Shown here: positions 42,595 to 51,890 of the stretch, one piece after another
Layout: every line of letters begins with the position of its first letter
Numbering within the stretch: position 1 is the stretch's first letter
Source: Candidatus Culexmicrobium cathedralense
GTDB taxonomy: Archaea > Thermoproteota > Methanomethylicia > Culexarchaeales > Culexmicrobiaceae
NCBI GenBank assembly: GCA_025061115.1
Contig: JANZKC010000004.1
Location: 96,001-160,000, forward strand
Direction of reading: 5' to 3'
Length of the DNA stretch: 64,000 nucleotides
The notes under the pieces: generated by a model
Told to the model about the DNA's origin: nothing
Seen by the model: the letters and a program-made list of their open reading frames with translations, nothing else
Databases searched by the model: none
Made by a program: the position numbers and the translations under genes

Positions 42595-43374
42595 ATGATG
42601 AACATACTTGAGCAAATGGGCTTAATAGATAAGTTAGCAAAATTAGCAGAAAAAGCACGTGATTTTCATAAGAACAAAAGAAACTTTGATAAAGGAGGTA
42701 TTTTATCTCAAGAAGGCACCTTGACCTTAAATAGGATAATTAGTGAAGCACACAAATATGAACTTCTAAAAGACACACCAATAATATTAGTGGACTTCAT
42801 AGAACGATATAAAGCAGACTTCATACTAAAAATCTTGCAAGAAGAAATAGAAGATAAAATAAACTCAATACACAATGAAATAGCAAAAAGCTTCCTTAAA
42901 AGTCCAGTGCAAATAGCAAAAACCATACCGCCAGATAAAAGGGGAAGAATTCTGGAAATAATTGGAAGAGACTGGCTAATAAACGTAGTAAATGAGCAAT
43001 GGGGTGAGGCCAAATACAAGCAGATAAAAGGGACAGACATAGATGCAATAGCAATAATAAAAGAGAATGAATCATATAAAATCTACATTGCAGAAATAAA
43101 ATCAAAACTTGATAAAAGAAAAGCAATTAAAGAATTCATAAATCTAAACAATAAATGCCAAAAACTAAGAAACATATATCCAAACTCTCAGATATGTGAA
43201 AAAATAATGATAATCTTCTCCAAAGTAGATGAAGACATAAAACAAACAGCAAAAACAAAATTCGGAATTGTCATATGGGACATAGAAGTATTCAAAGAGA
43301 TATCTATCAAACAGGGCAAAAAAGGAGGAAAATTCTACTTAGATGCAGTAATGGCACTTAACGCAAAAGCTTGA
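42595..43374 (+). CDS. PD-(D/E)xK restriction-endonuclease-like protein (Mrr-cat-like C-terminus)
   Basis: GRILE...DIDAIA...IAEIKS...AKTKFGIVIWD. Confidence 0.7.
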   Translation: MMNILEQMGLIDKLAKLAEKARDFHKNKRNFDKGGILSQEGTLTLNRIISEAHKYELLKDTPIILVDFIERYKADFILKILQEEIEDKINSIHNEIAKSFLKSPVQIAKTIPPDKRGRILEIIGRDWLINVVNEQWGEAKYKQIKGTDIDAIAIIKENESYKIYIAEIKSKLDKRKAIKEFINLNNKCQKLRNIYPNSQICEKIMIIFSKVDEDIKQTAKTKFGIVIWDIEVFKEISIKQGKKGGKFYLDAVMALNAKA

Positions 43375-43604
43375 TATTACTGGTGATTACCATGGTTGTT
43401 GCCTTCGATATCGAAACTACCGGTCTAAATCCCCTCAAAAACGTTGTAATTCTAATTGGTGTAAAGAAAGGAAAGCAACTAATTCAATGGAAAATTTGGG
43501 AGTACGGAAGTGAAGATAAAATAATTCTCGAATTTATGAAATATATTGAAAGCGTCGATCCTTATGACGCGGTTATTATAGGTTACAATGCTTTAAAATT
43601 TTAA
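43371..43604 (+). pseudogene. Truncated DEDD/RNase H-like 3'-5' exonuclease (YprB/PolB-exo-like)
   Basis: AFDIETTGL (ExoI), E..I..EF, IGYNALKF then stop exactly where the ExoII Asp should be. Confidence 0.7.
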
Positions 43605-43667
43605 ATAATTTTTTCTTATTCTATCTAAATTTAGCTGAAACTTTCATTATAACTTTTGGAGCGTCTA

Positions 43668-44561
43668 TTATCTATATTTCATGAGAACTCTTGCATTGTA
43701 AATTGAAAGCCAGTATTTCATCTTGCTAAAGTCTTTTGCTGAAAGGATTTCATTGATTGCCCTTTCAAGTATTGGATCTCCTAAAGATATCTTAAGTAAT
43801 TTATGATATCCAAGCTTACTAATCTTGCATCTCCTAATGTTGTCTTTGGTGAGATAATATATTTCTCTTAAATATGCGGCACGTATATGACTACTTGTGT
43901 CTAAGCTATCCACTATGTTTTTTAAGTAGTTTAACATAGATGGGCTTAAGACTCCAAGTAGATGCAATTTGGTCTTGCGTCCAATTTCATGTCTAATCGA
44001 TTTGACTATTTTCTTAATTTGGTTTAATTTTCCTTCTTTAATGAGAGGTACAAGTGAACCTATGGCTATATAGTTGGAACCCATTTCTGCAAGTTTTCGC
44101 GCTGAATAAGTATAGCTTTCTACATTCCATCCGTGAGCTACGGTAATTACTTCAACTCCGAGCTTATCAGCGAGCTTTAGATAGACTTCTGCTAGATCTA
44201 AATTTCTTTGCAAAATTTTTTGCTTAGCTTCCTGAGAAAGCTGTTTATTGACTAATGGGTGATCTTTCTGGATGATATAATCTGCACCTAGCCCGACTTG
44301 AATGTTAAATATGACGTTGATAGGTATAGCTTTATTTTCATGGCTCCAAAGAGAAGAAATTAATGAATCGACAATTAATTTACCTCGATAATTAAAGCAT
44401 GTTTTAAATCCTTTACTGATCAGATGATCCATATGGCGCTTAGAGTTCATTATATTGCCTAAACTAATTAGAATTCCATCAACTTCCATGTACTTCCAAT
44501 ATGGCGGGTCTTGAGGGTTTAATCTCCATGTTAGGTAGATTTTCAAGCGATTTCTCCTCAC
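43668..44561 (-). CDS. TGT-fold transglycosylase paralog lacking the Zn site
   Basis: LIVDS, KDHP, AHGW, AIGSLVP, LHLLGV, DSLDTSS motifs in TGT order; no CxCxxC. Confidence 0.8.
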   Translation of the reverse strand: MRRNRLKIYLTWRLNPQDPPYWKYMEVDGILISLGNIMNSKRHMDHLISKGFKTCFNYRGKLIVDSLISSLWSHENKAIPINVIFNIQVGLGADYIIQKDHPLVNKQLSQEAKQKILQRNLDLAEVYLKLADKLGVEVITVAHGWNVESYTYSARKLAEMGSNYIAIGSLVPLIKEGKLNQIKKIVKSIRHEIGRKTKLHLLGVLSPSMLNYLKNIVDSLDTSSHIRAAYLREIYYLTKDNIRRCKISKLGYHKLLKISLGDPILERAINEILSAKDFSKMKYWLSIYNARVLMKYR

Positions 44562-45490
44562 GCATAGAGGGATATTGCCTTTATAGCTTCTTCTGGATCT
44601 ATTTTTCCATTTCTGAGATAGATTTCATCATAGATTATTGCTGTTAACCTTAGAATTTCACCGGGATTACCATTAGTATAATCATATAATCTATCAACGA
44701 CACTTTCTGGAAGGAAGCTTGCAACCTCGGGTAGATATATTCTAAGGAATTCGAGGACTTCATTTTTTGTTAAATTTCTTAAGTATATTAGCATCGCTGA
44801 AAGGCGTCTAGACAAGGCCATGTTTATCGAGACAATTTCATCCCAGCCAGCTGGTGTAGAGGCAACTAGCATGAATAGATTATAAGAAGCGTCATCAATT
44901 AATCTTCTAAGAGCATTCATGTATGATAACCGCTTGTACTTTTTCAGCTCCAATATTGTTTCAAATTCATCGAGCAAAATCAAAATCAACTTATCACCTT
45001 CAAGAATTAATTGAGTTAGCATCTCCAAGGATGTCCAAACATCTAAATTCCTTGTTAAACCAAGCTTTCTACGAATCTTAGCATCAAGCTTCTCTCCCAA
45101 TAACCATAAGTAATAGAAGTATTCGTAGGTTTCAGAGGAATCAGCGGGTGTAATGGCTATCTTGTCATTGATTACTCTTAATGCTATCTCCTTATACATT
45201 CGATTTTTAAGTAACTTTCTCATCACCGCATTGTAGAGGTCTAGGAAGCTTCTACCAGGAGATGAAACGTAAATTGGAAGGACCTTTTTTGATGATGAAT
45301 ATACGTGCTCTAAATGCTTAAGAAAATGCGTTTTACCAAAGCCATAGCTTCCAATTATAGCTCCTGCGCCGGAAAACCTTCTTCGCTGAGATTTTTCAAT
45401 ATAGCTTCTTATGCGCTCAACATTTCCATCGGGATCAAACATTTTATCAAAGAAGCGAGGAATTGCAAGACGATTAAGCATAATCACCAC
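44558..45490 (-). CDS. P-loop ATPase, BrxD/DUF2791-like
   Basis: GSYGFGKTHFL, WLLGE, ILLDEFE, LRRLID, ALSRRL, TNGNPGE. Confidence 0.75.
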   Translation of the reverse strand: MVIMLNRLAIPRFFDKMFDPDGNVERIRSYIEKSQRRRFSGAGAIIGSYGFGKTHFLKHLEHVYSSSKKVLPIYVSSPGRSFLDLYNAVMRKLLKNRMYKEIALRVINDKIAITPADSSETYEYFYYLWLLGEKLDAKIRRKLGLTRNLDVWTSLEMLTQLILEGDKLILILLDEFETILELKKYKRLSYMNALRRLIDDASYNLFMLVASTPAGWDEIVSINMALSRRLSAMLIYLRNLTKNEVLEFLRIYLPEVASFLPESVVDRLYDYTNGNPGEILRLTAIIYDEIYLRNGKIDPEEAIKAISLYA

Positions 45491-46137
45491 TTCCCACTTT
45501 TGATGAAGATATACACGTATTTGCGACCCCTAACGCTAACTGCTCTACTAGAATTTTTGTCAAAGAGAGGTGCGGGAGCTAGGATCACGTTCTCTCGATT
45601 TTCATCAACAAATTTAGCAAGAAGCTCCTCGAAAACTTTTGAGCTCAAATTAAGCTCCTTAATAATGCACTTTCTTACCTCTACAATAGGCACGTACTTA
45701 GACCGCATATTTCTTGAAATCTTCCTGTAAGTCTCAATTATTTTGTCCATAAAAAGCGAGTAAATTTCTCTTTGCTTAGCTGGTGAAAGATAAAGTACTT
45801 CATTCAGCAGCCTAAGCGAAATATCCACAACTAACGCATTAAGACCCGTCTCTTCAGCTATACTTTTAATAGTCGTAAATCCACCAAAGTATGCATTTGC
45901 AACTCTCTCATACTCCGGCAGCCTCAAGAGATACTTATGTAAAATGTCTCCCCGCTTCTCACTATATGCTTCCAAAAAGATCTTGCCATCCTCAGTTATG
46001 GAGTAGCTTTCTCCATTATACGTTGCAAGCTCCATTTTTAACAAGGTATGAATCGCTTCAGAAGATCCACTATAGGCTTTACCAGCAGCAATATTGCTTA
46101 ATGTCCTTATCAAGGACTTAATGGTAACTGGTCTCAA
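45484..46137 (-). CDS. Winged-helix DNA-binding protein
   Basis: LLKMELA..SYSITEDGK wing; C-terminal YVPI.EVR..I..EL.LS..FEELL; overlaps the ATPase start. Confidence 0.6.
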   Translation of the reverse strand: MRPVTIKSLIRTLSNIAAGKAYSGSSEAIHTLLKMELATYNGESYSITEDGKIFLEAYSEKRGDILHKYLLRLPEYERVANAYFGGFTTIKSIAEETGLNALVVDISLRLLNEVLYLSPAKQREIYSLFMDKIIETYRKISRNMRSKYVPIVEVRKCIIKELNLSSKVFEELLAKFVDENRENVILAPAPLFDKNSSRAVSVRGRKYVYIFIKSGKW

Positions 46138-46219
46138 TGTCCTATCACCAGGATTTCCAGTACATTTGGCATTATGCTAATATATTGCTCTAAATCTAAA
46201 AGTTTTACGGGTACTCCAA

Positions 46220-46384
46220 ATGTTTAGTGAAGAAGAGGAGATAAAAATACTAGGTACTTCAAAAATTACGAGACGTTTCCAGGTGACAATAATTAAGGAA
46301 GTTAGAGAGCTCCTCAAAATAAAAATCGGAGATATCCTCGTATTTGAAAAGCATGGAGATAAAGTGATAATCAGAAGAGGTTGA
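46220..46384 (+). CDS. AbrB/MazE/SpoVT-family regulator (54 aa, below ORF-track cutoff)
   Basis: Manual translation MFSEEEEIKILGTSKITRRFQVTIIKEVRELLKIKIGDILVFEKHGDKVIIRRG. Confidence 0.85.
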   Translation: MFSEEEEIKILGTSKITRRFQVTIIKEVRELLKIKIGDILVFEKHGDKVIIRRG

Positions 46385-46390
46385 CCACAA

Positions 46391-48274
46391 TTATTGTGTG
46401 GACTTTTTAAAGCCGATCCAATTGAGTAAAGTTGGATTTTTAGCTTTGAAATGTAAATTAAGCATATCAAAGATGTGCTTAATGAGTAAAGTTTGATTTC
46501 TAACGCCCTTCACGGGGAACACTGTTGCCCTTATGTCGTGGTTATGATATGCCTTAGTAATTGGCGCTACTATCACAGCTCGATCATCCATAAGCAACTT
46601 ATTAACAGCTTCCTCAGCAGCCAGCAAATAGGCTTTGCTTAGATTAACGATGATTAAATCATAGTCGTCTTTAACGTAACTGAGAATTTTTTCCTCCACA
46701 TTGTGCTTTGAAGCCCATTTTCTAATCCAATCACTAGACTTTCCGCTGAATGTTGCATCATACGGTATAATGCGATCTTGCCCATGAATAACGCCATATC
46801 GAGCTGATATAAAAACTACATCAACTTTCACACCTTTGCTCCTAAGCTTATTAACACCTCTCTTAACAACTCTAAAATTGCCAGCATACATATCTTCAGC
46901 CTTCAAAATAAATTCGCTAAGCAATTTTCTGTAAAGACCTTCGTTCTCAATATCAAATTTAGGCTTACTTAGACCATAACTTCTCAATTTTTCGTCAATT
47001 TTTCTCCACTCAACATTTTTCTGAGCCGTGCAATTGGTTATCACAAGAATGTTCTTCAGCTTTGTTGGAATCCAAGGATTCAAGTCTAACAATTTTGTCA
47101 AATCTAGCTTTAAGTGCCTGCTTTTAGCTATTCTAAAGTTGACAAGTTTTTTCTCCTTCAAAAAATTACTAAACACCCACACATTATGGAAGCCTCTTCT
47201 CCTATTTCGATCATTACCTCTAAATATTACCACGTCAATTCCGATTTCACGACAAATTTTGCACTTGCACTTTTTCCAAGGCCTATTAATTAATAATTCA
47301 TAGTAGTATGGCAGGTAGTCTACTCCCCCATTAAGATAGACGTACTCTTCGACGAGCCGCCACAACTCCCTAAAATTCATCGCGCCTTCGTCATACCTAT
47401 GAAGCGCATCGAGCAACTCCTTTTCAAGTTTACTTTCTTTCCACACACGAATCGCAGTATAGGCTTTGCCATCCAAAGTAATGTAATTGCTAAAATGTCT
47501 AAGCCAAGCAATTCGAAGAACAGTCGAACTGTCAAATGACACCGTCTCAGCTATGCTGCCCTCCAATTCTTGAAACAGCGGAATAAGCTTAAGTCGAGCA
47601 ACTCCTAGAAAATGAAGTCTCCTAAGCTTAACACCATGCAACTCTCCACGGAGCTTTTTTATAAGTTTCTTAATGAAAACCGAACTGCGCCTAGCTAAAC
47701 CTCCAAGAGCAAAACTGTCAAATCCTTTACTGTAAAGTGCCTTGACAAACTTCACATAATCATTTGAATTAATGCCCTGCACTGCTGCCAACAACAAAAA
47801 CTTTTCCTTGAAATTCCTCCTCCACTCATCAAGCATCTTCAAAGCATTCTCATAAGTAATACGCATCCTCCACAACTGATCCTCAGCACTCGTGCCAAGA
47901 ATAGCTATATGATCAACAGTAACACCAAGATCAACACCAATTCTTGAATAAAACGTCAACATCTCAACGGGATCATATGGCGGGGTTATTTGACGGACAT
48001 ACTGCCAAGCACCGCAATCGCCCATAACCTCAGCATGCCCAGGTAATCTTAAAAAACTCTTAACGCCAAGCTCTTCAACACGCCTAACAATATGCTTAAG
48101 CTCCAAAACACTACGAGAGACCAGCACGCCCTCAAAGGGAATTTCGCCAAGAATGTGCCAAAGCCTAGCACCAAACCTAAATTTATCCTCTATAAAGCCA
48201 TCAGAGTGACGTTCTTCCTTAAAATCAAAACCACCATCAACGATATCATGCCAATCGGGGAGTAGATATTTCAT
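46391..48274 (-). CDS. dpdA: DNA 7-deazaguanine transglycosylase DpdA fused to a YaaA/DpdC/DUF6884-like domain
   Basis: MKY.LPD..D.VD..FDF, GVLVSR, GDCGAW, TVDHI, AVQG, ALGGL, LHFLG, SFDSS, YTAIRV, RPWKKCKCKIC..IFRG..RNRRRGFHN; C-terminal ITNCTAQK, AEDMYAG, ISARYGVI..IPYDATF. Confidence 0.88.
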   Translation of the reverse strand: MKYLLPDWHDIVDGGFDFKEERHSDGFIEDKFRFGARLWHILGEIPFEGVLVSRSVLELKHIVRRVEELGVKSFLRLPGHAEVMGDCGAWQYVRQITPPYDPVEMLTFYSRIGVDLGVTVDHIAILGTSAEDQLWRMRITYENALKMLDEWRRNFKEKFLLLAAVQGINSNDYVKFVKALYSKGFDSFALGGLARRSSVFIKKLIKKLRGELHGVKLRRLHFLGVARLKLIPLFQELEGSIAETVSFDSSTVLRIAWLRHFSNYITLDGKAYTAIRVWKESKLEKELLDALHRYDEGAMNFRELWRLVEEYVYLNGGVDYLPYYYELLINRPWKKCKCKICREIGIDVVIFRGNDRNRRRGFHNVWVFSNFLKEKKLVNFRIAKSRHLKLDLTKLLDLNPWIPTKLKNILVITNCTAQKNVEWRKIDEKLRSYGLSKPKFDIENEGLYRKLLSEFILKAEDMYAGNFRVVKRGVNKLRSKGVKVDVVFISARYGVIHGQDRIIPYDATFSGKSSDWIRKWASKHNVEEKILSYVKDDYDLIIVNLSKAYLLAAEEAVNKLLMDDRAVIVAPITKAYHNHDIRATVFPVKGVRNQTLLIKHIFDMLNLHFKAKNPTLLNWIGFKKSTQ

Positions 48275-48692
48275 GGATTCTTCCCTTAAAATTACACGAC
48301 CTGTTATGCCTTATTTTTGTTGTGATTAAGCAAGACTATTTCATTTTTCTTTTATAATAATTTAAAAAAATAATTTATTTAACTTAGTATCATTAATTAA
48401 AAATTTCATAAAAATGTAAAATTAATAATAGATATTGAGAAATAGTGTGATAGATATGATAACAATAATTAAAGCTATTTATATTAACAATTTATATTAA
48501 AAATCAAGTACCTTGAAAACATTAATGTTAGAACATGTTCATATTAAAGTTTTGTTGATAAGTTCTGACGCATTTTTTCTTCGGAAATTATATACGACAT
48601 TCATAATGCGCCTCAAATTAAAATTTGCTCAGTTTTCTATCCAAAATTATACTAAAACTTTTAAGTTTTTGCGAGAAATTTATTTATGAACC
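48275..48692. promoter_or_regulatory. Very AT-rich divergent promoter region between dpdA and the ATPase-helicase-nuclease operon
   Basis: About 420 bp non-coding, long A/T runs, TATA-like boxes (e.g. TTTTTATAA, CTTTTAAG). Confidence 0.6.
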
Positions 48693-51600
48693 ATGAAACT
48701 CATCTTGAGTTTCAATGAAATATCCAGACTGGGAAAACATTCATGGAAAAATTTGACTGATGAGCATAAAAAATTAAGTGAAGATTTAATAATCAGCATA
48801 AAGGACTATCTTGAAAATAAAAAGAAAAGACATTATGCTCATGTTATTGTTGCACCCTATGGATCAGGAAAATCAACATTATTAGACTACTTGGCATATT
48901 ACACTTGGAAAGAGCTTAAACGGCCTGCAATAATAGCTAATATGAACAGGATCTTAGAGTACATAAATAATAAGTATAAAAAGGAAACTAAAGGTAAGCT
49001 ACCCGAAGATAAGCTACCTGATATATTGGAGGAATTTTTCAAAGATTCATTGATTATGCTAAAAAATATAATACTTCATGAAAACAATGTGCCGTTACCA
49101 TTACGCTCAATTATTCCATTAAATGACATAATTTCAATAATTGATACTTTTCTTCAGAAAAATATAAGAGGATTACTATTAATAGATGAAGTTGAAGAGG
49201 CATTAAAGCAATTAAAAAATACAATAAATTACGTCACAAGCCCCTTTAGAGGATTATTTGATGCAATATACAATACTACATCAAAAATTTATGTAGTGAT
49301 CGCTTTTGGACCTCAAAGCGTATTAATGGAAGACATTCTAGGCTTATCCTCTGGATGGCGTAATGTAGTTAAAAGCATACCTTTATCCTCTCCTAGTATG
49401 ATTTTTAATGAACTTCAAAGGCTTCTTCCCAACGAAGAAAAGAAAATCTTAAGACTTCTTTCAAATACTTTATGGTGGATAAGTAAAGGAGGACGGCCCG
49501 GATGGGTTTATAACTTTATAGAACAAAGTTTTCCAAGAAAGGTTATTCATTGTTTAAAAAATTTTAATGAAAAAAAGGAGCTAATTTACGATGATGAGTT
49601 ACTAAAAGCTCTCAAGAAAGAAGTTGTTAAGGGTATACCCTGCTTTTCAGAATACGACTATATGAATATACTTAACTTCTTGCCAAGCGATAGCTATATA
49701 GAAAGAAATCTCTTTAAAGTACTACTCGTCTTGATAGGTCCCCTGAGTGAAAATGATATTAGGAGTTTAGGAATAAATTACGACCGCTGCATTAAATTAA
49801 ACCCCAAGATATTTGTCGTAGGAGATAAATTGATTCCTTATGATGCTTTCATCACGGCGGTTAGAAGAGATCTAGAGAAAGTTGCTAAAAGTCGAAAAGC
49901 ACTCGATTATAGAGATGGCAAAATTATTGAAAGAGCCATAAACCTTCTTGCCTTAGTTTTTAGTGCTTGGTCAGCCTTTGTCAATAAAATCCCCATGATA
50001 TTAGATGAGAGAGATGCGTGGCAAGAACTTAAAGACATAGCAGCTGACTTAAGTCGAGAAATGTATGATACAGAAACAGCCCGCCTAATAGAAAATTTTG
50101 AAATTCGTTGGCTTAAAATACCAAAAGAAGCCTATACTCCCGATGGTATAGTCTATGTAGCAATGCATCCAAGAATTATTGAAAATATTTACCCTCCAAT
50201 ATTTTCTATCCCTCTAATAGGTAAAGCGCGTCTAGATGGAATAGATGAAGTATACCCGTTTCTACGAGATCAAGATTTAGAATATCTATCTGAATTAGCA
50301 CAACAGCTTTTTGGCATTTTAGCTCACATCTTAAGCAATCAGAAAAATCAAGTTAAAGATGTTGCTGAAAAATATCTACTGGTGCCAATTATAGACGGAA
50401 GTAATTTGAATAAAATAAAAGAGTACATATTTAACAGTAAACTTAATGGAAAACATCCAATTTTAATTCCACTAAGTCCATCAGGTGAAAAACTGAAAAA
50501 AACAATAGACCTACTTAAGAAGGAACTTAAAAGTTTTGATGAATTGCAAATAACTACAATATTAGAAAGAATTAGTCCTCGTATGTCCATTTTTGTATTA
50601 GGCATTCTTTATGATATTGCTCATCAGGGCAAAAATGAAATATTATATACAGAGAGTGAAGAGGGATTAGCGAGAATAGAAAGAAGAATATTAGAGTCAT
50701 ATTCACGACAACTACTATTAATACTTTATGAAGCCATAATGGAAACAAAACGTGCCATAAGTTTGCAAGAACTATTACCTGATTATGTTTTAGAGCTTTG
50801 TAAGAAACTTGATGAGCAGGCTCATAGTAAGTTAGGATCAAAAAGAGCAGAAGACCTTTGGTGCGTTCTTGCATCTCAAAAGACTATTGAAATATACGAA
50901 AAAATAATTGAATGTTTGAATGAAATTAATCATTTGACATCGGACCTTGTTGAGATTATTTATCCCGATGAAAGAGAGATCATTAAGGGCTTGCTAGTTA
51001 AAAAAGGCGCCTTAGATTATGTGAGGGATGCAAAAAGTTTATTTGAAAAATTATCTAAATGCTTAAGAGATAATAACACATTTAATATGCTAAAATTAAT
51101 ATTAGAAGATGTTTTGAATCAAGAAAAATACATAGATTCTTTATTTAACAGAATTCAACATTCACTAAAAGAAATCTTTAAAGAAATTGAATATAAGAGT
51201 GTTTGGTACGCATTAACGTCATATTTGACTCATATGCTGGCAGATCAATGCTCAAATCCTTATATTAAAGGATTAAATGGAAAAGACTTGCAATTTGAAA
51301 AATCCAAGCTTAAAATTAAGTTAGGTAAATTGAAAGATAAACTTAATATTAATAAGCTTAAAGAACTTGCTAACTTAATGGAAAATTACCATTTGCCACA
51401 ATTCATAGAAATGTTAAGAGAAAGACTTGAAAAATTTGAGAAAGTGTTAAACAAACTAAAATCTTTAATAGAAGATCTTAAACCAACAAATATCTATGAA
51501 AAATGGACTTATACTGTTGCTTTTATTAAAAAAGAAGCTGAAAGAAGTTTTATGGAGAACATAACAACTATACTTGAAAACCTTGATAGTAAACTTTTGG

Positions 51601-51890
51601 GTAGCTATGCTAGTTATTTAACTCAAATTAGCGATATCTTTACGAAGACAATCCCAGATTTAAAAAGTAGAATCTATAATATTAGCGAAAGTGGAGAACC
51701 GGTTCTCAATGAAGATTTGAAAACAATACTCAAAAGAAATTCAAATCTTAAGAGTTTGCGTGATCAACTTCAAAATTATATAACTCAATTACAAGGCGCG
51801 CTAAATGACCTAGGCAGGTACCCCATTAAACATGACTTCAAGAAACTGCTCACTCTCCTTGATGAGATAAACGAGATGATGATGGTATGA
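48693..51890 (+). CDS. Large P-loop ATPase with helical C-terminus (DpdH-like by size and position)
   Basis: APYGSGKST, LLLIDEVEE, SKGGRPGW; 1065 aa. Confidence 0.7.
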   Translation: MKLILSFNEISRLGKHSWKNLTDEHKKLSEDLIISIKDYLENKKKRHYAHVIVAPYGSGKSTLLDYLAYYTWKELKRPAIIANMNRILEYINNKYKKETKGKLPEDKLPDILEEFFKDSLIMLKNIILHENNVPLPLRSIIPLNDIISIIDTFLQKNIRGLLLIDEVEEALKQLKNTINYVTSPFRGLFDAIYNTTSKIYVVIAFGPQSVLMEDILGLSSGWRNVVKSIPLSSPSMIFNELQRLLPNEEKKILRLLSNTLWWISKGGRPGWVYNFIEQSFPRKVIHCLKNFNEKKELIYDDELLKALKKEVVKGIPCFSEYDYMNILNFLPSDSYIERNLFKVLLVLIGPLSENDIRSLGINYDRCIKLNPKIFVVGDKLIPYDAFITAVRRDLEKVAKSRKALDYRDGKIIERAINLLALVFSAWSAFVNKIPMILDERDAWQELKDIAADLSREMYDTETARLIENFEIRWLKIPKEAYTPDGIVYVAMHPRIIENIYPPIFSIPLIGKARLDGIDEVYPFLRDQDLEYLSELAQQLFGILAHILSNQKNQVKDVAEKYLLVPIIDGSNLNKIKEYIFNSKLNGKHPILIPLSPSGEKLKKTIDLLKKELKSFDELQITTILERISPRMSIFVLGILYDIAHQGKNEILYTESEEGLARIERRILESYSRQLLLILYEAIMETKRAISLQELLPDYVLELCKKLDEQAHSKLGSKRAEDLWCVLASQKTIEIYEKIIECLNEINHLTSDLVEIIYPDEREIIKGLLVKKGALDYVRDAKSLFEKLSKCLRDNNTFNMLKLILEDVLNQEKYIDSLFNRIQHSLKEIFKEIEYKSVWYALTSYLTHMLADQCSNPYIKGLNGKDLQFEKSKLKIKLGKLKDKLNINKLKELANLMENYHLPQFIEMLRERLEKFEKVLNKLKSLIEDLKPTNIYEKWTYTVAFIKKEAERSFMENITTILENLDSKLLGSYASYLTQISDIFTKTIPDLKSRIYNISESGEPVLNEDLKTILKRNSNLKSLRDQLQNYITQLQGALNDLGRYPIKHDFKKLLTLLDEINEMMMV

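Noticed and set aside
44558-45490. Calling the locus BREX because of the BrxD-like ATPase
   Set aside because: No PglZ, PglX or BrxC motifs; neighbours are TGT-fold genes
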